From Squalus acanthias (lineage: Eukaryota): a stretch of 64,000 nt of DNA. Made by a program: the position numbers and the translations under genes. This document shows, in pieces, positions 12,885 through 23,962 of this stretch. Under the pieces are notes generated by a model, which worked only from the letters and a program-made list of their open reading frames with translations, searched no databases and had not been told where the DNA came from. Where the stretch lies: NCBI GenBank assembly GCA_030390025.1, contig CM059432.1, positions 142,230,001 to 142,294,000 on the forward strand. Reading direction: 5' to 3'. Numbering within the stretch: position 1 is the first letter of the stretch; every line of letters starts with the position of its first letter.

Positions 12885-13460
12885 AGGAAATTCCAATACC
12901 TTGGCGTTGACATATTTATAATCGTGACTTCGCCTGGCCTTGTGAATAAATACAAATGAAATTAGCGCTGCGATGCGTTTGCTAAAAGTGGCTCTCATGG
13001 GTCAGCCTGAGGACCCAGATTCCTGACTGCCAATGATATTCACCTGAAATTGACGTGGAAATCACGAGAGAGAGAGAGAGAGAGGATACGACAGCAGTAC
13101 GACCTGCGTACGTGTTAGTCAGTAGCTCCCAAGCCCCAGTGAACTTGCCTCCTACAGACTGGGTCACAGTGTGTGAAGGAATAATAAATCCGGTAACCAG
13201 CAAGGAGGACAGAGAACCGTAAAATCTTACAGCACAGAAGGGGGCCATTCGAAAGAGCTCTCCAATCAGTCCCCCCCCCCCACCCTGCTCTTTCCCCCAC
13301 AGCCCTGCAAATTTTTCCTTTTGAAAGTTATTATTGAATCTGCTTCACGACAACTCGCTGCGCAGAAGAAATTCTCCTCCTCTCCCCTCTGATTCTTTTG
13401 CCAGTTCCACCCTGTGCCCTCTGGTTACTGACCCTCCTGCCAGTGGAAACAGTTTCTCCT
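12885..13460. repeat. Dispersed duplication, copy 1 (partner about 43633-44230)
   Basis: About 330 bp of unrecognised sequence plus a CR1 3' end, highly similar to copy 2. Confidence 0.9.
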
Positions 13461-13620
13461 TATCTACTCTTACCGAATTGACCTCCTTTTATCTTGAAAT
13501 AAAAACCCCTCCTACCTGAAATCTAGCATCTGTCATTCTTTGCCTTGTTGTATAGTAATGAAATAGTTAAAATTACCGTCTTGACCCTTGACTTTTCTCC
13601 TTTAAAACATTTGCAAACAG

Positions 13621-13770
13621 GTGAATGTATTAGATGTATGTTCTGGAATAATCTTGGATGCATCCATTTTGCTATGGGGAAACACAATCTTGGAATTTTC
13701 TACTTTAAAAAGGCCTTGCAGGAGAACGATGTCGCTTGTGTACAGTTAACTGGAACAGGCACAGACCAAG
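13621..13770 (+). CDS. CNOT10: CNOT10 coding exon
   Basis: acag|GT GAA...CAA G|gtgcgt; [50 protein letters not shown] (TPR-like). Confidence 0.95.
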
Positions 13771-13949
13771 GTGCGTTACTTTAGGTCAAAGACTCTAAAA
13801 CCATTAACACAAACCTATTTTAGTGTGAATGATGTGAAGTTAAATGGTACGTAAATGCATGTTGTCAGCTATTGATTCCTTGCTTATGAAACCCAGCTGC
13901 TCACACTCTAGTTCCTTTTTTGTACGTTCTGGTGATCAGCTTAGTGATG

Positions 13950-14011
13950 TGTCAACCTTAGCGGGAGCGCACACTCGCCACTGATTCAGAAGGTTGTGGG
14001 TTCAAGCCGTC

Positions 14012-14043
<32 letters not shown>

Positions 14044-14412
14044 ACTCAGAGACGTGAGCACAAAATCCAGGTTGACACTCCCAGTGCAGTACCGAGGGAA
14101 TGCTGCACTGTCGGAGGTGCAGTCTTTCAGGTGGGACCTTGAACCACCGCCCCCTCAGGTGGATGTAAAAGATCCCATGGTACTATTCGTAGAAGAGCAA
14201 GGAGAATTCTCCCCGGTGTCCATGGCCAATATTCACCCCTCAACCAACATCACTAAAACAGATGATCTGCTCATTATCACATTTCTGTTTTGTGGGAGCT
14301 TGCTGTGCGCAAATTGGCTGCCGCATTTCCTACATTACAACAGTGACTACACTTCAAAAGTACTTCATTGGCTGTAAAGCGCTTTGGGACGCCCTGAAGT
14401 TGTGAAAGGTGC
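13950..14412 (+). mobile_element. Deu-type SINE with internal poly-C expansion
   Basis: Same consensus. Confidence 0.85.
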
Positions 14413-14799
14413 AACTTAAATAATCCAGTTCTAAAAAAATAATTCCAAATGCACTTCTCTGGAACTAAAGATGACTGGTATTTTTTCACTCATTTACGTT
14501 GAACATAATTTTGTACAAAAAATATTTTAGTTGGTGCAAAGCAAACTACTTTTTTTGTTAATTTAAACAAAAAGGAACTGCTTAGATGAAAGTGTTTACA
14601 AAAGGTTTCAAGAAATCGATTTCTAATTAACTGGTCTTAATTGGCTGCAGTAGCTTACAAGTTAGGTCGTCTATTTCGTTGTAATCTGTAGCCTTTTCAA
14701 ATGGTTTTATTGAACAATTTACCATTTTACATTTTTGCTTTTTGTGACTACTTAATATTTGGAGTTTATTTTTTCCCCTCCACTTTTTTAATGATTCAG

Positions 14800-15002
14800 G
14801 GAAGAAGTTTTCAGGCAGACCGATGAGTACTCTGCTCACAAACAAACGCTATGAACTGTTACACAACTGTGGAATCCAGCTGTTGCACATAGGCAGACCG
14901 CTGGCAGCCTTCGAGTGTCTGATGGAGGCAGTTCAGGTGTACCACTCCAACCCACGTCTTTGGTTAAGGCTGGCAGAGTGTTGCATTGCTGCCAACAAAG
15001 GG
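14800..15002 (+). CDS. CNOT10: CNOT10 coding exon
   Basis: tcag|GG AAG...GGG|gtgagt; [68 protein letters not shown]. Confidence 0.95.
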
Positions 15003-15111
15003 GTGAGTGGACTAATTCATATGTCAACTACTTTCTTCTTTGTTCCAAAGTTTTTCCCCCCCCCCCACGTTTTCTTCTGTTGTGTTAAATTTCAGCATTG
15101 TTTTTCTTCAG

Positions 15112-15233
15112 ACATCAGAACAAGAGACCAGAGGGCTGCCAAGCAAAAAAGGGATTGTACAATCAATTCTGGGTCAAGGCTATCATCAAAAGATAGTTTT
15201 GGCATCACAGTCCATGCAGAACACCGTGTATAA
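15112..15233 (+). CDS. CNOT10: CNOT10 coding exon
   Basis: ttcag|ACA...TAT AA|gtgagt; [40 protein letters not shown](N); preceded by a 109-nt intron. Confidence 0.95.
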
Positions 15234-15260
15234 GTGAGTGAGCACCATGTATGAGTGAGT

Positions 15261-16026
15261 GGGTGAGGGGGGTGAGCGCAGTGTGTACACTGGTGAGGGG
15301 GGCAAGCGCAGTGTGTACACGGGTGAGGGGGGCAAGCGCAGTGTGTACACGGGTGAGGGGGCGAGCGCAGCGTGTACACGGGTGAGGGGGCGAGCGCAGC
15401 GTGTACACGGGTGGGGGGGGGGGCGAGCGCAGCGTGTACACGGGTGAGGGGGGCGAGCGCAGCGTGTACACGGGTGAGGGGGGGCGAGCGCAGCGTGTAC
15501 ACGGGTGAGGGGGGCGAGCGCAGCGTGTACACGGGTGAGGGGGCGAGCGCAGTGTGTACACGGGTGAGGGGGCGAGCGCAGTGTGTACACGGGTGAGGGG
15601 GCGAGCGCAGTGTGTACACGGGTGAGGGGGCGAGCGCAGTGTGTACACGGGTGAGGCGGCGAGCGCAGTGTGTACACGGGTGAGGGGGGCGAGCGCAGTG
15701 TGTACACGGGTGAGGGGGGGGGGCGAGCGCAGTGTGTACACGGGTGAGGGGGGGGGGCGAGCGCAGTGTGTACACGGGTGAGGGGGGCGAGCGCAGCGTG
15801 TACACGGGTGAGGGGGGGTGAGTGCAGCGTGTACACGGGTGAGGGGGGGTGAGTGCAGCGTGTACACGGGTGAGGGGGGCGAGCGCAGCGTGTACACGGG
15901 TGAGGGGGGCGAGCGCAGCGTGTACACGGGTGAGGGGGGGCGAGTGCAGCGTGTACACGGGTGAGGGGGGGCGAGCGCAGCGTGTACACGGGTGAGGGGG
16001 GGCGAGCGCAGCGTGTACACGGGTGA
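15261..16026. repeat. G-rich minisatellite, about 29-35 bp unit (gggtgaGn-cgagcgcagYgtgtacac)
   Basis: About 25 tandem units. Confidence 0.95.
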
Positions 16027-16170
16027 TGCTACGTCCAAGCAAATGACCACTCGGTGTAAATGATTCAACAAGTGACTGCGTAGCATGGTGTGTAAATGAG
16101 TTAACTTTTTAAAATGTTTAAAAGTGTGCATATTATCTGTACAGAAACGGTTTCGAATTTAAAACTTTTA

Positions 16171-16738
16171 GGGCGAAAAATTGGGTTGCTGGGCGCAAAG
16201 CCCTGGGCGCAGCGCCGCTAACACCTCCAGCAAAATTCAGCCGTGTGTCGCACTCCAGCCGCGCCTCATGACCTACCACCGGATGATATGCCCGACAGGG
16301 TGGGGGTGGTGTTTTTGTGTCCGCTGCGGCGCAAATTAAAGGGCAGGTGCCGGGCGGCCTTTTTTTTTTGGCCGCCTGCCAGCACCTGCTCCCTTCCGCT
16401 TTTTTATACAGGGTGCCGGCCGCGATCGGTCAGCCCGGCACTCCTCTTGAGTGCCGGGCTGTTTTCCTGGCACCCCGCTCCCCAGTGAGCACAGCGCTAG
16501 GCTCCGGCCCTTTAATCAGGGGAGGACTGCAATACCGCGGCGCTGTTGTGCGTAGCGCCGCGATATTCAATGGTAACGCCCCAGGAAGGAGGGGGGAGCA
16601 CTTCCAGTAGCGCCCCGCCTCCTGCTTGGGGAGCTACCACTGAATTTACAGCGCAGAGGCGCTAACTTTTTCGTTACTTAAAAGTAGCGCCCTGGCGAAG
16701 TTAGCGCCCCAAAGGGGGCGCCACCGAATTTTTCCCCC
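16171..16738. mobile_element. PIF/Harbinger-type MITE, CpG-rich
   Basis: TIRs gggcgaaaaattgggt vs gggggaaaaattcggt (reverse complement of right end), 14/16; TTA TSD at 16168-16170 and 16739-16741. Confidence 0.75.
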
Positions 16739-17639
16739 TTAGACTTATTACTTTCAAGATTTACCCAATGCAAAGTTAGTTCAGTGAAGTGATCTGTGGG
16801 TTTTGCGTACAAATATGTTCAGATTTTGGCTGTTAAGGATCCTAAATTAAATACATTTGGGCTATCAAGTTCACAGGAAATATGAAATTTAATGTGACTA
16901 AAGTCCACAAACTATGAGGGAGGTATCAGGCAAAGGCCTCTTCCCTCAACAGTTGCTGCAAGCATTGTATTCAAATTAATTCCTCCCTTTAAAATATGTA
17001 TTTTATTCCTTTTTCCTGAAAGCACTGACTCTTGCTGGGGTGCCGTTACTGGGTTCTGGCAACCTGCTAGTACCTCGTCCAAGTGGCCAGTTTTCATGTT
17101 TGAGCTTGGATAGTGTGTGTCAGGTGGCTGCTCAACTACAGGGAACATCACAGCTAAGCCTGTTGTCTTTACCTGACAACAATTTCCCTCAGTGGGGGGA
17201 AGGGTTATGAGATAGAAATTAAAACTTTCTACTCTAAGATAATTGGCAAAAAATCCAGGGGGGAAATGAGATCTTATTTTTTTACTCTGAGTTGTTGTGA
17301 CCTGGAATTCACTGCCTGAAAGGGCGGTGGAAGCAGATTCAATAGTAACTTTCAAAAAGGAATTGGATAAATACTTGAAAGGGAGAAATTTGCAGGACTG
17401 TGAGGAATGGGCAGGGGGAGTGGGACTAGTTGGATAACACTTTCAAAGAGCCAGCACAGGCACAATGGGCTGAATGGCCTCCTGATGTACATTTCAGCCA
17501 AGAAAGCCACAACCAGCATCAATTCCATTGAGAATAATGAAAGGCACATTTCAGATTAACCTGTGTAAAAGTTTCACGTTGGATGTTGAAAGCATGCACC
17601 CTTTAATTAAGCTGGGCTTGTTTCATTTTGTTTCCACAG

Positions 17640-17816
17640 CGATGGGCAGTCTTCAGCCATTCCTGTAGCTAGCATGGAGTTCGCAGCCATTTGCTTAAGA
17701 AATGCCTTGCTTCTGCTTCCTGAAGATCAACAGGAGATTAAAAAAGATAACGGTTTAAGAAATTTCAATCAATCCGGCAGTGGTGAAACCAGCAATGAAA
17801 ACAGTGAAACGTGCAG
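17640..17816 (+). CDS. CNOT10: CNOT10 coding exon
   Basis: acag|C GAT...TGC AG|gtagag; [58 protein letters not shown]. Confidence 0.95.
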
Positions 17817-18464
17817 GTAGAGCGCAACGAAAGATACTTCAGTGTTCATGCCAGTGTAAGGAACAAAGTACAAATATAGTGGAATCCTATTGTATTCAAT
17901 GATTTGCTTAGCAGAACAAATGATCAGTAGAACCAACCGATCAATATATCGGAAGCTAGCATTCTCTGATAACGGCTTCTCTTCCCAACCCTGCACCGTC
18001 GCCTCCGCAATCCCCCAAGGATCTGTCCGTGGTCGTCCTCCGCTCCTCTTCCTCCGCTACATTCTGCCCCTTGGTGATATCATCTGAAGCCATGGGCTCA
18101 GTTTCCGTGTGCGTGGCGATTGACGGCCAGTTCTAATTCCCCACCACCTTTCTTGACTCCCCACCACCTTTCTTGACTCCCCTCCACTGCTTTACCGACA
18201 CCCAGTGTTGGCTGAGCCATATCTTCCTCCGGCTAAACATCGAAGAGACCTAAGCCATTGTCTTCAGTTCTTGACATAAACTCTGTCCCCTTGCCACCAA
18301 GACCGTCCCCCTCCACGGGAACAAGCAACAAAAGCACATTAATGCCTTTTGCATAGTTTGAAGTTAGCAGCACTTCCCTGTTGAATCCCATAAATAATCC
18401 ATCGAAATGCTCCATTCTTTTTGCAGTAATGTATGCTGAAATTATTTTTTCCCCCATTCTACAG

Positions 18465-18548
18465 TGGTAAGCCTCATGAAGGAGATAAGTTCTTAGTTCC
18501 AGGCCCACCATCTTCTCCGTTAAGGAAGCAGGAATTAGACAATCTGAG
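18465..18548 (+). CDS. CNOT10: CNOT10 coding exon
   Basis: acag|T GGT...CTG AG|gtaagg; GKPHEGDKFLVPGPPSSPLRKQELDNL. Confidence 0.94.
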
Positions 18549-19000
18549 GTAAGGATGCATTCCTATTCTTTATGCATTTACTTATTGCTGCTTCCTACAA
18601 TGTCGTTTCAACTAAGTGCAAAAATCTGATGGGAGCTTTCAGATGCACATTAGAACTCCAATTCTGTTGCCGTTAATTCCAGGATATTTCAAACATTTAA
18701 AAAAAAAAAATCTCGGATTAGTGCTGGAATTTAACGCAAGCAAAGGTCATTGTTTTAATGCAGTGCAGTCAGTCCCTGCTCAGGACAGATCGAGCTGGTA
18801 CTAAAAAGGAAGAAAATTATTTGCCCAGCAGTTCTTCTTTTTTCTTCCCCCCCCCCCCCCCCCCCCACTCCTGCAGCAATCTCACGCAGCTTTATTCTAA
18901 GAAGAATGGTTAGTTTGTCTGCAAGTTTGATTGAGCTCATTTTTTCAATACCCTTCCCATGTCTGAGATTCTCTCCGCCACCCCACCAAACTCATCCAAA

Positions 19001-19350
19001 ACATAGAACATAGAAACATAGAAGGCAGGAGTAGGCCATTCGGCCCCTCGAGCCTGCTCCACCATTCAATGAGATCATGGCTGATCATCCAAATTCAGTA
19101 CCCTGTCCCTTTTCTCCATATCCCTTGATCCCTTTAGCTTTAAGAAATATATCTAACTCCTTCTTGAATATATTTAATGAATTGGCCTCAACTGCCTTCT
19201 GTGGTAGAGAATTCCACAGGTTCACCACCCTCTGGGTGAAGAAATTCCTCCTCATCTCAGTCCTAAATGGCTTACCCCTTATCCTTAGACTGTGACCCCT
19301 GGTTCTGGACTCCCCGGCCATCGGGAACATCCTTCCTGCATCTAGTCTAG
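19001..19350 (-). mobile_element. CR1 LINE 3' fragment
   Basis: ORF 19085-19330; 3' tail repeat. Confidence 0.9.
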
Positions 19351-19605
19351 CAAAAGATACAAATGAGCTCGGAAAAAGAATGAGAAGAGTATAGAGTATA
19401 GTCCTAAATGATTAGTTGCTCCCAAGTGTTTACTGGGGCAGAAGTGAGCATCGAACACTTCCTAAATAGCGACAAACCAAATAGAATTAACAACTATAGA
19501 TTATAAATGAGTTGAAGTTCTAGACGGGCTTCAACTCCGATTTGAAATCCTGTGAAGAATGGAGGAGTGGAATCACATTGCAAGTTTTGTTTTCTGTTCA
19601 CTCAG

Positions 19606-19719
19606 ATGTTCCATACTGGCTGGCAGTGCATATGTTGCCCTTGCACTTGGCGACAACCTGATGGCCTTAAATCATGCAGAGAATCTTCTACAGCAGGCCA
19701 AACTGTCTGGATCTCTAAA
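19606..19719 (+). CDS. CNOT10: CNOT10 coding exon
   Basis: tcag|A TGT...CTA AA|gtaagt; [37 protein letters not shown]. Confidence 0.95.
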
Positions 19720-21189
19720 GTAAGTAACAAAAAAATATGTAACGGGGGGGTTATCATTAAATGTGATTAAATTGAACTTATTCTGCACATGAAGCAAGTG
19801 CTTATTTAAGCTTGAACTATTAGACATGCACTTGAAAAGGAAAAAATACAGCAGAGAAGAAGGCCATTCAGCCCATTGTGTCTGTGCTGACTGAAAGAGC
19901 TATCCAATTAGTCCCACTCCTTCGCTCTTTCCCCACAGCACTGCAAATTTTTCCCTTTGTATCTAATTCCCTCTGAATCTGGAAGTGACCAAGGCGCATG
20001 TGAGAGTCTCAGTAACTGAGGGACTGAGATAGAGGCAGAAGTGGACATTGATGCTGAGATGGATGTAAATAGTACTGGCGATGAATGTGGGGCTTAAGGT
20101 TCAGCTGGGTCATGGGTCGCTACCACTTTAGTTGATCCCGAGGGAGTGGTTGGGGTGGGTGATGGAGCCAATGGGGGGAGGGAGGGAGCCATTCCCTTAA
20201 TTTTTGCAGCCAGTCTTGTGTGTCACCTCATCAGATTCATTCTGATAATCCATGCGTACAATCAATTTCCTTTTACCTAATACACAGTGATTTACTCAAA
20301 GCACAGTTCAGTTAGTAAAGCGTGACCTGCCCTTCTCAAATCTCTGCTTATTGGCCTGATCAGCTCACACCTTTCTAAGTGGTCACTAACTTCATCCTGT
20401 ATTATGCATCTATAATTTCCTCACTTAACCTTTACCCTTTACCCCTTTCTTGAACGTGATTGAGCAGTTTCCACTCTCCATTCCTTTGGCGCATTTTCTG
20501 TTTCCAAAGGGTTTTTGGACACAAGTTAGTGCATCTGCATTCTTTTGAACCTCCTCCACTATTTGTTCCCTAAATACTTCAATTTTTGCAGGATGCCTAC
20601 CATTTAGGTAACTTTTCTACCTTTAGTCCTATTGACCTTTTTAAATACAGTTCTCCTTTGAATAATTATCATCAGTCGTGGCTGTTCCACGCCCTCAGGA
20701 AGTCCTATCAGTCCTATTTTTACCTTTAAGAACTGTGCAATACTTATTAAGCATCTCCACCATTCCCTCACTCTCGAGTTCAAGATGACCTCCTTCAACC
20801 CCCTTTGATTATCCTTTTTTAGTTATGTGCTGACAGACACCCTTGCTGTTTCCCCTTATGGTGATTGCTAGTCTTCTTTCATAGTCCCTCCTCTTCCTAA
20901 TCTCTACTTCCTTTCTACACCTTTTTATAATTATACTTCAATCAGATTTCTACTTCACTGTAATCATGGGGGAAAGCACCTTTCTGTCTGATAACGCACC
21001 TGTGAAGCGCCTTGGAAGGTTTTTTTAACTGTGTTAAAGGTGCTATCTAGATGCAAGTTGTTGAATGTTATATATGTGGGAGGAGGAGGTTTGCAGATGA
21101 ATATATGGCATCAAAAATAAGCCAGCTACAGGAAAAATGTACAAGTCCACCTTGGTGATCAGATTTAGGAATTTATTTTGGTATCTAAT

Positions 21190-21666
21190 AGAAAGAAAGA
21201 AGAAAGAAAGACATGCATTTCTATCGCGCCTTTCACGACCACCGGATGTCCCAAAGCACTTTACAGCCAATGAAGTACTTTTTTGAAGTGGAGTCACTGT
21301 TGTAATGTGGGAAATGCGGCAGCCAATTTGCGCACAGCAAGGTCCCACAAACAGCAATGTGATAATGACCAGATAATCTGTTTTTTAGTGATGTTGGTTG
21401 AGGGATAAATATTGGCCCAGGACACCGGGGAGAACTCCCCTGCTCTTCGAAATAGTGCCGTGGGATCTTTTACGTCCACCTGAGAGAGCAGACGGGGCCT
21501 CGGTTTAACATCTCATCTGAAAGACGGCACCTCCGACAGTGCAGCACTCCCTCAGTACTGCACTGGAGTGTCAGCCTAGCTTTATGTGCTCAAGTCCCTA
21601 GGGTGGGACTTGAACCCACAACCTTCTGACTCCGGCGAGCGGCTACCCACTGAGCCACAGCTGACA
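21190..21666 (-). mobile_element. Deu-type SINE, full length
   Basis: Same consensus with A and B boxes. Confidence 0.88.
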
Positions 21667-21895
21667 GGCTATTATACGGTGTCAAATTTTGTTTGATATC
21701 ATTCCTGTGAAGCGCCTTGGGACGTTTTACTACGTTAAAGGCGCTATATAAATACAAGTTGTTGTATGGTTTTGAAAGGCTACTTCAAAATATTGGTTCT
21801 TAATTGGTGCTTTAATAATAATTTTGCAAAGCTTGAAATAATTAATTGAACTTGTAGTTTTAGTTTGGGATTTCTGACTTTGTAATTTTGTTTAG

Positions 21896-22026
21896 GTTTC
21901 TAGGTCACTTGTATGCAGCAGAGTCCCTCATCTCTCTGGACAGAATCTCTGATGCCATCACTCACTTGAACCCTGAGAATGTCACTGATGTGTTCCTGGG
22001 AGTTTCTTCAAATGAACAGGATCAAG
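21896..22026 (+). CDS. CNOT10: CNOT10 coding exon
   Basis: ttag|G TTT...CAA G|gtgagt; [43 protein letters not shown]. Confidence 0.95.
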
Positions 22027-22926
22027 GTGAGTAATTTCACGTTTGTTTGAATGATCAATCCTGTGAGCTGGAACAGTTTTAACTTTCGTCCATTTGGAGA
22101 CTTGTTTCGTCTGAAAGAAAGATTTCTTGGGAATATTCCATCTTCAGGGCTTTTTTTCCATAGACTCGTGGAATGATGCAGCACAGAAGGACGCCATTCA
22201 GCCCAATCATGCCTTTGAAAGAGCGATCCAATTATTCCCACTCCCCCTGCTCTTTCCCCATAGCCCTGCAATTTTTTCCTTTTAAGTATTTATCCAATTC
22301 TCTTTTGAAAGTTACTATTGAATCTGCTTCCACCGCCCCTTCAGACAGCGCATTCCAGATCATCATAGCTCGCTGCGTAAAAAAAGAAATTCTCCTCATC
22401 TCTCCTCTGGTTCTTTTGCCAATTATCTTAAATCTGTGTCCTCTGGTTACCGACCCTCCTGCCAATGAAAACAGTTTCTCCCTGTCTGCTCTATCAAAAC
22501 TCCTCATCATTATTAACACCTGTATTAAATCTCCCCTCTACTCTAAAGAGAATAACCTCAGCTTCTCTAGTCCCTCCATGTAATTGAAGGTCAATCATCA
22601 CAGCCCCAGGACATCGCTGCAGGAGTTCCTCAGGGCAGTGTCCTAGGCCCAACCATCTTCAGCTGCTTCATCAGTGACCTTCCCTCCAACATAAGGTCAG
22701 AAATGGGGATGTTCGCTGATGACTGCACGGTGTTCAGCGCCATTCACAACTCCTCAGATAATGAAGCAGTCCATGCCCGCATGCAACACGACCTGAACGA
22801 CGTTCAGGTTTGGGCTGATAAGTGGCAGATAACATTCGCGCCACAGAAGTGCCAGGCAATGACTATCTCCAACAAAAGTGAGAAGTCGCACAACACCAGG
22901 TTATAGTCCAACAGTTTTATTTGAAA

Positions 22927-22964
22927 TCACAAGCTTTCGGAGCTGCTGCCCCTTCGTCAGGTGA
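22927..22964 (-). ncRNA. Minimal type I hammerhead ribozyme motif (family A), intact core
   Basis: UCAC-CUGACGA-A-GGGGC agca GCUCC-GAAA-GC-UU-GUGA. Confidence 0.75.
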
Positions 22965-23924
22965 AGTGAAGGAATACGAATCGGCAAAGCATATATAGAC
23001 AGAGAACAATGCATGTGTAGCGTACAATGTCAGACGACTACATTTAATCCTTCTGACTGCCTTTCGTCACACCTCGGCAGAGAAACAATCAGGTCAGCCA
23101 GGAAGGCACCACATCAAAGACATAGCAAGATACAACTGAGACAATGAGGTGGGGTCACAGGGGGTCTAATGTGTCAAATGCTGCAGTCTGTATGGAAAAC
23201 CATAAACTTTAAAAAAAAATTTACTTTTTTTTTTACTGGAAATCACATCTGTGAACAAGCCAACGACGACTCGAGTCTGGATGACTCTACGTCATGTAGC
23301 GTGACATGAACCCAAGATCCCGGTTTAGGCCGTCCTCATGGGTGCGGAACTTGGCTATCAGTTTCTGCTCGATGATTTTGCGGACACCACGCAACAATCG
23401 CCAGGCAGGATTGTTACCTCCCAGTCGGGGAACACTTCAGCAGTCAAGGACATTCAGCCTCGGATCTGCGGGTAAGCGTTCTCCAAGGCGGCCTTCGAGA
23501 CACACGACAACGCAAAATCATCGAGCAGAAACTGATAGCCAAGTTCCGCACTCATGAGGACGGCCTCAACCGGGATCTTGGGTTCATGTCACGCTACATG
23601 ACGTAGAGTCATCCAGACTCGAGTCGTCGTTGGCTTGTTCACAGATGTGATTTCCAGTAAAAAAAAAGTTAAAATTTTAAAGTTTATGGTTTTCCATACA
23701 GACTGCAGCATTTGACACATTAGACCCCCTGTGACCCCACCTCATTGTCTCAGTTGTATCTTGCTATGTCTTTGATGTGGTGCCTTCCTGGCTGACCTGA
23801 TTGTTTCTCTGCTGAGGTGTGACGAAAGGCAGTCAGAAGGATTAAATGTAGTCATCTGACATTGTACGCTACACATGCATTGTTCTCTGTCTATATATGC
23901 TTTGCCGATTCGTATTCCTTCACT

Positions 23925-23962
23925 TCACTTGACGAAGGGGCAGCAGCTCCGAAAGCTTGTGA
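23925..23962 (+). ncRNA. Minimal hammerhead motif with C3>U core change
   Basis: UCAC-UUGACGA-A-GGGGC agca GCUCC-GAAA-GC-UU-GUGA. Confidence 0.6.

Noticed and set aside
15092..16131. Long ORFs (267-316 aa) on the minus strand
   Set aside because: Translations of the minisatellite, open in three frames; not genes
18140..18182. Short direct duplications (also 43166-43217)
   Set aside because: Ordinary slippage duplications with no further structure
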